A stretch of DNA of 64,000 bases, taken from Guillardia theta CCMP2712 (taxonomy: Eukaryota > Protista > Cryptophyta). This document shows, one piece after another, positions 1 to 11,925 of the stretch (within the stretch, counting starts at the first letter, position 1; every line of letters begins with the position of its first letter). The position numbers and the translations under genes are program-made. The DNA lies in assembly GCF_000315625.1 (NCBI RefSeq), contig NW_005434609.1, positions 124,001 to 188,000 on the forward strand, given 5' to 3'. The notes under the pieces were generated by a model. The model was given only the letters and a program-made list of their open reading frames with translations, did not search any database and was not told the origin of the DNA.

Positions 1-836
1 AAGAACGATGGGTGAAACTCGCTCCCCGTCTTGATTTCCTTCTGACGCCCCTCGGGGTCCGAGCTCAGCACTGCCACGTGCGCCGAGGCGTCCTTGCCCA
101 TCGGAGCCTTCTACAAGACAGCGTCTGTCTGCATCCCGGTACTTGCCAGCTGACAGTGCGCGAATACAGAGGTGACGGGTATGGATGAATAGCAATTGGA
201 GAGTAAGTACTTCCAGTCCGTTCAAACCTGCACAGCGGATGGCATGTGGTTGTCAGGCGGAGGGTACTGACAGTATTTCCGAGAGAGTGCGCTGACGCAT
301 GAAACCTTGACAGCTTCGACTTCTTGACGCATGTGATCGAGTGGCAGGGCTACTGTCAGCAGGGCAAGTGCATGGAGTGAGTGCTAGAGGAGACTGACAG
401 CTGATAGCGAGCTGAGGGTCTGCGGCAGGTGTCTTCATGGAGAACAAGCTTGCAGATCTTACAGTGCAGAAGGCCGGGGAGTTTTTCAGCGAATATGTGT
501 AAACGGCAAGGTGTTTAACTTGGAATCATGGCATCAGAAGGGCTGACGTGAACGATGATAGTGGAGGCCATATCCCAATGGAGCAGGTTACGAGAACAGC
601 TACAGTATGGTGAAGTACAACATCCAGCTGCAAACCCAGGTACGGTACTCCACCGCAGACCGTACAACCCAGTGACAGTTGTGCTGCGGCTGCAGATCGC
701 AATCACTCTCTTCTCAGCATTGTGCTTCCTAGTGGCTGTGGTTTGCGCTTTGCTCTTGATGCGAAGGCCTCGTGCTGTTGTACCAGGCAGTGGATCGGCT
801 CTGTCTAAGCTGCCGGGAGCTACTGAGGAGCCCTAG
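1..836 (+). CDS. 3' part of a multi-exon gene running in from before the window; ends in a single hydrophobic (transmembrane-like) segment; product unknown
   Basis: Several short gt...ctgac...ag intron-like segments lie in 1-620. The terminal ORF ends LQIAITLFSALCFLVAVVCALLLMRRP...EEP* at 836. Exon structure not resolved. Confidence 0.35.
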
Positions 837-844
837 CAAACTTG

Positions 845-1260
845 AAACCGGGTCACTCAGCGGGGCGGCCGCTACTCGGAATGATTCCTGACTTTGAACG
901 GCCGCGCCAGCACCGAGTCAGTCATTCAGTAAACGGTTCAATACGTGACAACTCCTTTGCGGCTCAAACTTGTCACCGTTTTTCTAGATAATCCTTTATT
1001 TACTCAAAGTTAAGTTAAAAATCAGTACGAGGACAATCAGGAGAGTCGAGGAGGCTTGACCCTGACACTGTCGCACAGGCCAAACGGCGAGAAGAGAAAA
1101 GACAGCGAGAACCAAACAGCCTGAGTTTGTATCATAGTATGCATGCCGGGACGCGCCGCGCCGGCGCCGCGCCGCGCCGGCCCGGGGCCCACGGTGGCAC
1201 GGCGGGCCACCCGGGCCGGTCCCGCGACCGGGCCTAGTGGCCTGAATCGGCTTTAGGGCT
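845..1260. repeat. GC-rich intergenic motif island (CCGG/GGCC/GAGTC/GTCAC words), copy 1
   Basis: Core 1141-1250 is almost pure G/C. It shares cacccgggccgg (about 1208) with the island at about 18291. Confidence 0.55.
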
Positions 1261-1518
1261 GCGAGATATGGTGTAGCCTCACTACTTGCCGAGGGAGCGA
1301 GCGAGGGATAGAGCGAGGAAGCGAGGGAGCGAGCGAGGGATAGAAGAAGGACGGAGGTAGGGAGAGAAGGACACAAGAAGGGAGGGAGGGTAGTGAGAGA
1401 AAAGGCATATGCAAACAAGTGGTTTGCCAAAAAGTTGCATGGAGCAAACTTGTGTTGCCTTCGTTGTTGGAATGATTCGAAGATTCTAATTTTTTTTAAC
1501 TGCAGGAGGAGGAGAAGG

Positions 1519-4500
1519 ATGTGGAAATTCCGAGGCAAGGAGAAGCAAGCATCGGTGAAGGAGGAGAAGAAGGTTGAGATCCCAGCAGAGAAAGAGAAGC
1601 CTGTGAAACAGACAGCAGCGAATGTCAGTCTCCTCTTGATGACGACAACCTCTCGCATGCTCACATGTCTCTCTAGGCCCCTGAAGCTGCGCCAGAAGAA
1701 ATCCCGAAGCCATTGCCGCCTGGTTGGCAGGTGGCAGTGGACCCCAAGTCAGGTCAGTCTGGCGCTGGGGGATGGAGAGGGTTGGTAAAGGATGCTGCTG
1801 CAGGCAAGCAATACTTCTACAACAAGAAGTTGAAGATCAGCCAGTGGGACCGGCCGTGCGAACAAGATGCAGAGATTCAGCCTCCTCCTCCTATCCCATC
1901 CAAGGCAGAGTTGAGGTGATGATGATGAACATAGCCGTGGGTGTTGAAGGATGATGACATTGACAGTGAGCAAGAGTTGAAGGTTCATCAAGTAGTGGAT
2001 GAAGAGATATCCTCCTTGTGCAATGTGAGTGTTGTGTGACTGGTCGATATGTTTCTGACGTCTCGAATCCTGTCAGAAACTGTCCACGCGTGTCAAACTT
2101 TCTTACGCTAACGGAGACAAGATGGAGGCCCTTGGATTTCACCAGGAGAACAAGTATTACACGAGTGTACTCGAATGGCTACGAAAGGTTTTGACATGCT
2201 CACTTGGTCTGGACTGATCTGAACGCAGCGCAAGGAAGACAACCTACCAGTTCCTCCCCACAGGATCGCGCAGAGGGTCCATCAGTCAAAGGATCAGAAT
2301 ACAAATGTCCAGGTCGACAAGCTGCAGATCAGGATATTGAAAGTGAACGAGCTACCGAAAGGATCTCTGATTGAGCTGAAAGTTGCATTTCTATGGCCGA
2401 AGGATCAGCCGCAGGTGTATAACTCCAAGGCGTTGGAGGTGGAGGAATTCGAGAAGCAGGGCGGATTGGTCGGGTTGTTTCATGCCAAAGTCACCAACTC
2501 TCTCCAGAGGTATGCAAGCCACAAGTTCTTGAAGGTCAACATCGAGCTTGTGGTGGTGGAGAAAAGTTTCTTGCGGACGAAGAAGACGGTCTTGGGAAAG
2601 ACAGAGGTGGAGCTTTCAAGGTTGATGACAGCGTCGTCCTTCAAAGAGTCCTCCTTCGACCTCTTCGATCCTGAAAAGGGGAAGAAGAAAGTTCCTTGCT
2701 CCCTTGACATCGAGTGCAACGTCCACAAGCCCTGGGACAACAAGGAAAGGCTCCGAGCGGAGAAAGACCGTCTGTTCATCTTCGAGGACAGCTCTGCCCC
2801 TCCTCGCTCCAGCGCCATCAAGTCTCTTCATGACAAGCTCATCGCTGCCATAGAGAGAGCTCCCTTGAACGCACAGCCAGGAACGCCAAAAGCTGTAGCA
2901 GCAAGCAATGCGAATAAAGGTGAAAGTCTCTTTCCTCCTCCTCTTCTCCATCCTGAAGTCCCTCCCGCAGGAGGCGCCGGCCGGGACTCTGCTAAGTTGG
3001 ACAGGTGAAGAGAGTTTGATCGTTTGTTTGCTGTCGCTGACTGCCATGTTTGTCGCTGCCTCCTTCAACCCTTCCTCCTCATCATCTACATCCTGATCTT
3101 CCTCCTCCGCTCCTTCCCTCCCACCCTCACTCTTCTCCACAACTCTCCCTCCCTCCTCCAGTCTCTACACGCAAGCCAAGAAGCTCTTCCTCTCAAGCAC
3201 AGCCCGGCCAGGAATGAGCAAGGAGCAGCTTGATGAGTGTCAGGCGAGGCTGCTGAAGGCTCAGCAGCTGCTCAAGGACTGCAAGAAGATGAGCGGAGGA
3301 CGAGACTTTCGCAACACCAACGAGATGCTCTCTCACATCTCCAAACGCCTCAGCATCCGCTCCCAGCCTGCTGCCCCTGCACCTGCCCAGCAGCACCAGG
3401 AGGAGGAGGCTGAGAATGAGAAGGAGGAGGAGGAGGAGGAGGAGGAGGATCTTGATGCTGTGGAACGGTTGAAGTGCCTGGAGGTGATGGAGTGGGAGCT
3501 GAAGGTGACATGCGAGAAGCTGCAGAGGAAGGAGGGCGATCTGGAAATGCTCAACTTCCGCAAGGGAGAGCTCGAGACGGCGATTCAGATCTTGCAGACC
3601 AACGTGGAGACTGGGATTCTGACAGAGGAGGAGTACATGAAGCAGGTCAAGGACGCGATAGCCCGGGAGCAGCGGGTGAGGAGGAGGTTGCAGGCGCAGA
3701 ATCGGGTGAAGGATGCGGACAGAGTCTTCTCTTGGATCCAGCTCATGTGCAAGGAGCTGGATATGGAGATCCCACCTGAACCTCAGCTGCCAGAGCAGCA
3801 GATCCGAGCTTGCGGCAACCACCCGATGGCGTACAGCATCGAAGGAGGAGCGGAAGGGGGAGTGGGGGGGAAGGTGGAGGATGGAGAGGAGGAAGAGGTC
3901 GGGGAGCATGGCGATGATGAGATCGAAATCTTCGATGACATCGCAGAAATTGCGAGCTTCGAGGTGCTGGAATATGAACAGAAAGTCGCGCAGGAGCAGA
4001 AGAAGAAACTTCCGAGCGGACATGAAGACAGTGATGACCTTTCGTACCGGTGTGTTTCTCTCTTCCTCCCCTCCCCATCCTCTACCTTCTCCCCTACCTC
4101 CTTCTCTACCTCTACCTCCTCCTCTACCTCTACCTCCTCCTCTACCTCTACCTCCTCCTCTACCTCTACCTCCTTCTCTACCTCTACCTCCTTCTCTACC
4201 TCTACCTCCTTCCCTACCTCTACCTCCTTCTCTACCTCTACCTCCTTCTCTACCTCTACCTCCTTCTTTACCTCTACCTCCTTCTCTGCCTCTACCTTCT
4301 CCTCCTCCTCCTCGCTCCTCACGTCTCGTGCCGGTAGGCTGGACGAGATCGCGAACCAGCTTCACCTCCTACACACCAAGATCGACTGCGGCCTCATGTC
4401 CCTACCCTCCTACGTCTCCTCCCTCCGCTCCTTCTGCTCCAAGTGCGAGGGTGAGCGCGATCGCTTCGTGTCAGCTGGGGAGCAGGCGAAGGCGGCAAGG

Positions 4501-5242
4501 CTGAGCTGTTGGATCCGCATCACGCAGCAGGAGATGGCCTCTGCTCCAGCAAGCGAAGAAAAGTTGGGGAAGGCGCAGGAAGGAGGGAGAAAGCAGGAGA
4601 GGGGGGAAAAGGAGCTGACGGCAGGAGGAGGAGGGAGAGAGGAAGGAGGAGGGAGAGGGAAAGAGGCAGGAGGAGGGAGACCAGTGGTGGCAGAGGAAGG
4701 GCTTGTGGAGGAGGTGGACGACGACGACGACTTGTCCGGGATAGTGAGCTACGAGGTGATGGACTATGAGGTGAAAAGATGCGAGGAAGCGATGAAGGCT
4801 TGCAAAAACCATGACGAAATGGACGAGCTACAGTTCCGGTGATGCTCCTACGACCTGCTCCCCTCTCCTCTTTCAGCCTCCTCTTCGTCCTCCCCTTCCT
4901 CCCCCTCCTCCTCTACATCCTCCTCCTCTACATAAACATGCCTCCTCTTTCTCCTACTCCTTTCTCCCCCGTATCGTCCTCTTCGTATCCCCTCCCGTAC
5001 TCGTCCTCATCACGCTCTGACTCACCTTCAGGGTCGAGGAACTGAGGTCGAGGATGCAACTGCTGGAGACACAGATCAGCTGCAACATGATGGACCAGGA
5101 GACCTACAGGAGGAAACTGCAGCTGGCCATCAGGCAGGAGGAGGGGCGTGCCAAGAAGCTGCTGAAGAAACAGGACAAGTCAGGGGCACAGGACGCGCTG
5201 AAGAGAATTCAACTCATGAAGGAGGAGCTCGCTGCCCAGTGA
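1519..5242 (+). CDS. CC2D1/Lgd-like protein: N-terminal WW domain, C2 domain and three copies of a helical C-terminal domain (multi-exon)
   Basis: WW domain: LPPGWQVAVDPKS|GKQYFYNKKLKISQWDRP. LPVPPHRIAQR...DKLQIRILKVNELP...VLGKTEVEL...HKPW...RLFIFE resembles the CC2D1A/B (Freud-1/Lgd) C2 region. Introns include 4050-4337 and 4839-5031; stop at 5242. The start may extend upstream, since there is an acceptor-like site at about 1505. Confidence 0.7.
4080..4312 (+). repeat. Intronic tandem repeat of about 18 nt (ctctacctctacctcctt/c)n, a polypyrimidine tract
   Basis: Directly visible, about 12 copies, inside intron 4050-4337. Confidence 0.9.
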
Positions 5243-5419
5243 AGAGACCTTGCGCTCCTTGAGATGCTTCTTCTGACCTGTCTGTCTTGCTGATGCTGGT
5301 TGACTGCTGTCGGAGCAACTTGTCTCTTTGAAGTCTCGTATTCTTTCATTGTGCTTTACGTTGATTTACATGATACACTCGCTGATACTAAAGAATAGCA
5401 AAGCAGAAAGGGAAAGGAA

Positions 5420-7365
5420 TCAGTCCGACGCCCGAAAATCAAAATTCCCTGATCGAACCTGTTGAGGCTTGTCAGAGGCAGAGGAGAGCGAGAATGGCGG
5501 AACAAGGGAGGAAATGTAAACAGGAGGAGAAGAAACGAGGAGAAGGAGGGAGAAGGCAGGAGAAGGAAAGGGAAAGAGAAGGACAGAGGAGAAGAGCACA
5601 GCAACAAGAATATGCTCTAGCACCTGGGGTCCGATGTTAGTCGTCAAGAGTTTGCGACCTCCCCAGGCCTCGAAGCCAAGGCAGGTGATCATGAAGGCGC
5701 CGTAGATGAGGATGAGGATGAAGCCGAGGGGCGCGCGGATCTCGAACTTGTGCATGACGGCGTAGACGAGCATGGCGATGAGGGAGAAGGTGAGGAAGAG
5801 GATGCTCACGTACAGCTGGAGGTTCAGCTCGAACGGGTAGGGCGACGCCACCAGCAGGTTCCCCAGGAAAGTCGCCAGGCCTCCTCCGAAGAGAAGGTTC
5901 AGCAGAGGAGCCCCGATGCACGCGGCCGCCGCCATGCTCGGCATGCCCGCACGCGCCATGGCGAGGTTGGCGACGAGATCGCCGACGCTGTTGGCGAGGG
6001 AGAGGACGGTGAGGCCCATGAGGGTGTCGGAGACGTCGAGCACAGCTCCCAGCGCCTGCAGGAGATGCACTAACTCGGCCGCGAGCGCGTAGATCCAGGC
6101 GATGGAGGTGAAGAAGCCGAGGAAGGCGAAGAGCGCGAGGTAGGGAGGAGGCTCCTCGTGCTTGGAGGAGACGTGCACAATCGCTGCCGCCAGCAGGCCG
6201 AAGACGACAGAGCATGCGAAGGCGATGTGGCAGGTGGCGGCGCTGATGGTAGGGAAGCCATGGAGGAGGACGCACCAGACAAGGATGGGAGGGCAGAGGG
6301 CGAGCTGAACGAGTACGGCAGACTTGCACCAGCCGCTGTTAGGCAGCTCAAGGTCGACGACGGGGCAGGTGAGCTTCATGACGACGATGGCGGGGACTTT
6401 GATGCCGTACAGGACCTGGTTGACCAGCGAGTGGTGGCTGACCTCCTCCTTGCCGATCGGGTTGACGTACTGGACGAGGTCGTGCAGATCGATCAAAGTG
6501 TCCGACTGGAACAGTCTTGCCTTCCCTTGTGCCTCGATCAGCCTGGGGCCCTTGCTCTGCTCGTTTTCAGTCTTGAGTGACATCAGCTTCGAGCGCTGCG
6601 CCCCTTCGTCGCCGAGGAAGCTGTGCACGTAGGTGGTGCCGAAGACGACGATGTAGAGGTAGAAGATGTACAGGAGCATGAAACCTCCGGCTTCCAGCAT
6701 GCTGATGTAGGAATCTAGAAGGATGACGAAAAGGAAGAACAGCGCTAGGAGGAAGAACAGCACGTCCCTGCGGGAGGAGGAGGAGGTCAGCGCAGGAGCA
6801 GCGCGAAGCGGGGGGAGGGAGGCAGCACTCGTACCTCACGAACTCCCGGGGAGGGAGCTGGAAGGGAACGACGATGGCGATGATGCCGAAGACGACGCCA
6901 GCAACGATCAGCGAGGATCCCATGACTTCACCTGGTGGTGGACGTCAACAGGGCCCTCCCCCTCCTCCCTCTCTCCTCCTCTACCTAGCGCCATCTCTGC
7001 TCCGTGCGGGGAGGCGATGGCGGCTGCGATTTCAGTGAAGATGTCTGGCGCGCCATTGCCGAACGCGAGGAACGTGACTCCGGCGACGTTCTCGCTGAGG
7101 TTGCAGAAGCGGCTGATGTAGGTCAAGCACGGGCACAGAAAGGCGTCGGCGGCAAGTCCCAGCCAGATGGACAGGGCGACAAGCCAGAGGAGGAGGAGGA
7201 GGATGGCGAGCCAGGAAACCTTGCCGAGGGAGCAGAAGGGAAGAGCTAGGTAGTTGAAGAGCCCGCTGCGCTGAGGGCAGTACTTGCGGACGTACGCACA
7301 AGCCTGACGAGAGTTTTGAGCGTGCTTCCAGGGGTTGTCGCAGCTCGGTCTAGCACAAGAGATAT
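5420..7365 (-). CDS. Cation/Ca2+ exchanger, CCX/NCLX (SLC8B1-like) subfamily, multi-exon
   Basis: Alpha-1 repeat NLSENVAGVTFLAFGNGAPDIF; alpha-2 repeat LMGLTVLSLANSVGDLVANLAMARAGMPSMAAAACIGAPLLNLLFG; N-terminal Cys motif ACAYVRKYC...NYLALPFC typical of NCLX/CCX; many transmembrane segments. Confidence 0.9.
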
Positions 7366-7489
7366 CAGCTCGACGAGGGAGCAAGACAAGGAGACATAGA
7401 CGGTCGCAGAGCGAGGATAAGAACGAGGGTGTGAGGGAGGAGGAAAGGAGGCAGGCAGTGACCTTAGATGGTGAGCGAGAGGTTTCTCT

Positions 7490-7899
7490 TGATTCAACCG
7501 TGCAGGATTAGCATCTGCGATCGAAGAGATGTCACGAGATCAGCGAGCAAGGCGTTGGCCCACCTTGAGCCTCGGCAAGGCTCTTCCCTCCTTGATGCAT
7601 AGTCTGCATCAATGTGAGCATGTACACACTGAGGACTTGCAAGAGAAGGAGGAGGGAAGAAGGAGGAGGGAGGAGGGAGGAAGGAGGAGGGAGGACGGGG
7701 CAAGAGAGAAGACCTTGGATATCGTCTTCATCGATGCAACATCTGCAGCGGCAGCAGCAACAGCAGCATTCGCTGCTTCCGTCACAGCGTGCATGGAAGG
7801 CAACTTGTTCTTGATCCTTGCTGCCTCCCGAAACGCCTGAAATATAAGCATACAAGTTATCAGTCATTTGCCATCATCATCATCATCAATATCATCATC

Positions 7900-7970
<71 letters not shown>

Positions 7971-8713
7971 AACATATTCTCTTCTTCACCTTCAGAGTTG
8001 CTTTGGTAGCTTCATCAGACGTGTCAATCGTCCAACAGCTGATTACAACATTCAGCAAACTTGTTGATGTCAAGATGATAATTATCATGATCATCGTCGT
8101 CGTCATCCCCATCCCCGTCCCCATCATACGAGACAACTAGATTGCTTAGCTCTCCTCACCCTGTCGAGTCACACTTGGTAGAGTCCTCGCTCAAGCTTTT
8201 AGTTCCGAACTGCCGTAACAGCAACGTAAGGCAACAAGACGTCCTGAAGCGAACATCTCTCCCTACCCCCGCATGGCGACGTCCATTCCGATCGGTCTGA
8301 CCAGGAAAAGCTGTTGAAGAAGAGACTGGAGATCGCTTCCTGTGAACAAGCTGCGACTTGTACTCTCGGGACTTTCGCTTCCATGCTTTCGCAGCTTCAA
8401 GCTCCCGCTCACCCCGATCGCTGTTCTTCAACTTGACCTTGAAAGAAGCATCCGGCGTGCTCTCTCGGTCTACAAACGCGTCCCTCCCCTCCGAAACCTG
8501 AGACTTGCGAGGTCGCACACCAGGATGTCGATCTATCACTTCTACACTCCCATGTACGAACTGACTTGCTGACCGTTCCGCTAGACTCTGCGTGACCTGC
8601 GAGCCCGAGGCGAGATGTGCGGTATCGTCACAGTGAACCCAGGAGCAGGTGATCAAGAGCAGGGGCACAAGAACCCTCCAAGAAACAAGACAAGAACGGC
8701 AGCGCTTCGACAT
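7490..8713 (-). CDS. Probable upstream exons of the CCX gene (signal peptide and low-complexity extracellular extension), or a separate short gene
   Basis: ATG at 8713 gives MSKRCRSCLVSWRVLVPLLLITCSWVHC, which looks like a signal peptide. Same strand, and the exchanger ORF has no ATG start of its own. Splicing not fully resolved. Confidence 0.4.
7903..7969. repeat. (GCA)n microsatellite, about 22 units
   Basis: Directly visible. Confidence 0.95.
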
Positions 8714-9754
8714 TCCCACAGCAATGTCTTGAGAGGGAATCACAGGGTCTTTGTTGACACCATCCTTGCTCTTCAACGATGCTGATCTTTTGCTCTGTGA
8801 CAAGCATGTGTGAGCTCAGTTACAAGTTTCGAAGAGATTTATGTCAGAAAAACAAGCTGAAGGCATAATCGCAACTCCTCTCCTCCCTCACTTCTGAAGC
8901 AACTGCCTACCGTCCCTCTCCTCGCTCTGAAAACAGTCCATACTCGCTGATCCTCCTCCCTGCCCCTCCACCACGATCAACCCCCCGCCATCATCCCATT
9001 CTCTCTCTCTCTTCCGATCCCTCTCCATCTCTCCTCGTCCATGCACCCCTCCCATCTCCTCCTCCTCGTTGCCCCAATATCCCTCGATTCCCTGCCATAT
9101 CATCGATGACTCCCGAAATGAGAATAACGGTAATAACGTCTTTGTGTAACAAGATGCAACGGGTCGTTACCACAGTTTACCCTACTGTAACGGTTCTACA
9201 CATTTCATGCTCCCGTCGCTGGCCCCCGTGCTGCGCAGGGCGAGGCTGCAGCCATGTGCTGCTCAGAAGGTATGATGGAAGAGAGATGAGAGGAGGAGGA
9301 GGAGGAGGAGGAGGAGGACGGAAGAAGGGCGGGAGAAGGGCTGAAGGGGAAGGATAGGCAAGGAAACATACGTCAAAGGTCACACATGCGAGGGAGGCGC
9401 AATGATTCTAGGAGAAAGGAATGCGAAGGTTTTGACAGGAGGGCTGATCGAAGAAACTATCAAAAACTCGATTGATTTGTGTAGATGTCTTTTTCTATCT
9501 GTGTTAATTTTTTCTCCTATCTTAGTCAATATATTGTTTGTTTGTGCTTTCTGTAGCGGATGCCCTCGAGCATCGACCTGACGATAGACAATTATTGCAA
9601 AGAGCTGTGTGTTTTGCCTTTCTTGTGTGATAATTAAATATTCTTGATGTTCAAGAGTTGAGGGATTTGATGTTGGTGTCCTTCTGTTCAATTCAGACTT
9701 GCGGGGCTGACTTGGTGTCAGGCTTTTGCAACGAAGGTGGTTTCGAGGGTGAAC

Positions 9755-10588
9755 ATGCTGATGGAGGCGTTAAGGCCAAAGGATAAGATCCCAGTGAGTG
9801 TTTTCGGTTGATTGCGGGAACTTAGACTGACTTGACCATGCAGGCAGGGAAATCTATTGAAGCGCATATCAATGAACGGATTCGTTCGAGCGAAGCCAAG
9901 TATTTCATGGAAGAAGACAATTACAAACTTAATCGAAATCCGATTCCATCAAAATCGAATGACGAACAGGATTTCCAGGAAGAGATTCGTCAAGATTCTT
10001 CTGAGTTGAGAGCAGCGAAGCTAGAATTGGATACTATCGACCGTTTCGTGGATGACCGCTCGACACATCTAGAATCGACCGTCGAGAAGATGCAGCAGGT
10101 GACAAAGACATCAGAATCAAAAATGCTGTAAGTCAACTTCTTCTCATCATCCTGATCAACGAACTGTTCTGACGATACAATGCAGGTTAGACGAACTTCG
10201 TAGAGTGGCGAATGATCGACTGGATAAACTTGAGAAATCTGCTGGAGGCAATGTTCTCCTCCGAAGACAAGTCAGTGCACAAAGACAAAGGATTCTTGAC
10301 AGAATTGCAGTGTCGGAATCCAAACTCAACGAGTTGGACAACTCTATTCGTGAACTCAACGTGGATGAACCGCAAAGGCAAAGGGCCAAACTTGTGGACA
10401 CAGAGATCATTCAGATGAGCAGTGGAATGTGGTTGCTTTACTTGCTAGGGGGCAGTACGCTCATATGCGGTTTAGTCGCTTCCAGTCTGCTGTTATCGGC
10501 ACAGAAGGATGCGGAGTTTGCAAGGAAACTCCGAAAAACCATGCCCTACACGGCTGGAGTGCTGGACATGGTGGGATTACCCAAATGA
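9755..10588 (+). CDS. Hypothetical coiled-coil protein with a near C-terminal hydrophobic segment (multi-exon; 5' end uncertain)
   Basis: ORFs 9832-10131 and 10205-10588 are separated by a gtaagt...gcag intron. Charged, heptad-like sequence; transmembrane-like MWLLYLLGGSTLICGLVASSLLLSA. Confidence 0.5.
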
Positions 10589-10809
10589 AGATGTACAAGG
10601 TGGACAAGACATATTTTGAGAGAGCATGAAACTTCTGTCGTTCGTAATGCATAGATTGTGTCATACAACAAAGTTTTGCAACCTTCGTTAGAAACATTCT
10701 ATGTGAACACATGTAGTAGCGAGAACAAACGCAGCAGATTTTCGGTTGAGCGTCAACAGTTTACTAGGAATAGTTACAGTCCGAAATGTCTCATTTCAGC
10801 ATGGTCTGT

Positions 10810-11062
10810 TTACTTCCTGCGGTAGAAGTAATCCCACTGGCGGCGAGCACGGCGCCAGTCATCATAGGAAGCCTGAGCATTGGCAAGGTAGTAGGCATCC
10901 TGGGCCTTCATGTAGTAGAAGCGCGCAGTCTTGTTGAAGTCAGCAGCCTGGGCGTAAAGAGCCGCCTGAACGATATTTGTAAGAATAACCATTGGGAGTT
11001 CAAAGATAACTTACGGCATGCTTGCCGTAGAGCTGCTCAGTCATTTGAAGATTCTCGAACAT
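10810..11062 (-). CDS. Small 67-aa Tyr/Ala/Arg-rich protein, two exons (11062-11015 and 10965-10810)
   Basis: ATG at 11062, and a canonical gtaagt...ttcag intron at 11014-10966 (phase 0). Spliced product: MFENLQMTEQLYGKHA|AALYAQAADFNKTARFYYMKAQDAYYLANAQASYDDWRRARRQWDYFYRRK*. Confidence 0.65.
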
Positions 11063-11619
11063 CTGCAGCCAAGGGTCAGATAACATCTCATCAGTCGCGC
11101 TTGGAAGATTGCTAATGTAATTTTCCTTGATTAGAGGTAAGTCAATGTCCATCTAATCTGCTTTGATTTGAAGAAAAAAATTGTTTGCACTCTCTGCAGC
11201 AATGTGATACTCTAAGCAAAGGTATGGCACATGCACCCCTGAAATTTTCCTCTTCATTGACAGTGTTTCACTACTCAGCTTCACCAGGAAGTCTGCTTAT
11301 TCTTGACGATTCTGAAATTCTTTGAGATATGATACAAGTTCGTCTTATTTACACGTCAATGCCACCATAATGAATAAACATCATTCAAACCAAATCAGGA
11401 GGTCTAGCTCAGTCACGTGTACCACGCTTCTGTACCACATGCTTGAAACATACACAGTTGAACAAGCGCAATCATATCAGCAAAACAGCATAGCAAGGTT
11501 GATACAAGAAAGCTCAGGGCAAATGCAGCATGAGGGAAATAGGCAGAACATGTCGCGTCGCGGCATGCAGTACGAGGTTACCTGTTCTATTTCCGTCGAA
11601 ACGAATGAGGGCAAAGGCA

Positions 11620-11925
11620 GGGGAGGGTAATCCATCCTGTAGGGTGGGGTACATTCTCATAGTAGGGGTGGCTATGAAAGAATTCCAGACTGTTACGGGT
11701 ACTTTTAAATATTGAATCTGGGGGTACAGCACGGGATAGGTATTCTGAAGGGCGGGGGTAGGGTATTTGTTCGTCCAGGTAAACAGGGGTGGGTATTTGA
11801 AGGACATGGGGTAGAGCGCCACTTTCTACGACCACCACACCTCAAGATGCAGGACCTAATGATCGACTTGGAGGGGGTGGGGTAATATTAAAGGGGGTCC
11901 GGGAAGGAAGTACAAGGGGTGGGTG
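11620..11925 (+). promoter_or_regulatory. Array of GGG(G)T(A) tracts upstream of the 12048 gene; G-quadruplex-prone
   Basis: About 14 G-run clusters, many followed by TA, all on the + strand. A regulatory role is inferred. Confidence 0.4.

Noticed and set aside
3193-4365. Long antisense and alternative-frame ORFs (GREGGR, EVEVEK and LLYLYL repeats)
   Set aside because: They are translations of the intronic 18-nt CT repeat and shadows of the + strand gene.
4838-4842. TGA ending the 542-aa ORF as a real stop or recoding site
   Set aside because: It lies within the GT donor of intron 4839-5031; splicing restores the third repeat in frame.
10810-11062. Ejectisome ribbon (Tri/Reb-like) protein
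   Set aside because: The size fits, but I see no recognisable sequence similarity and the aromatic/basic composition gives no support.
11514-11822. Tyr-Pro-rich minus-strand ORF
   Set aside because: The YP pattern is a by-product of TACCCC tracts; the ORF has a non-ATG start and no other support.
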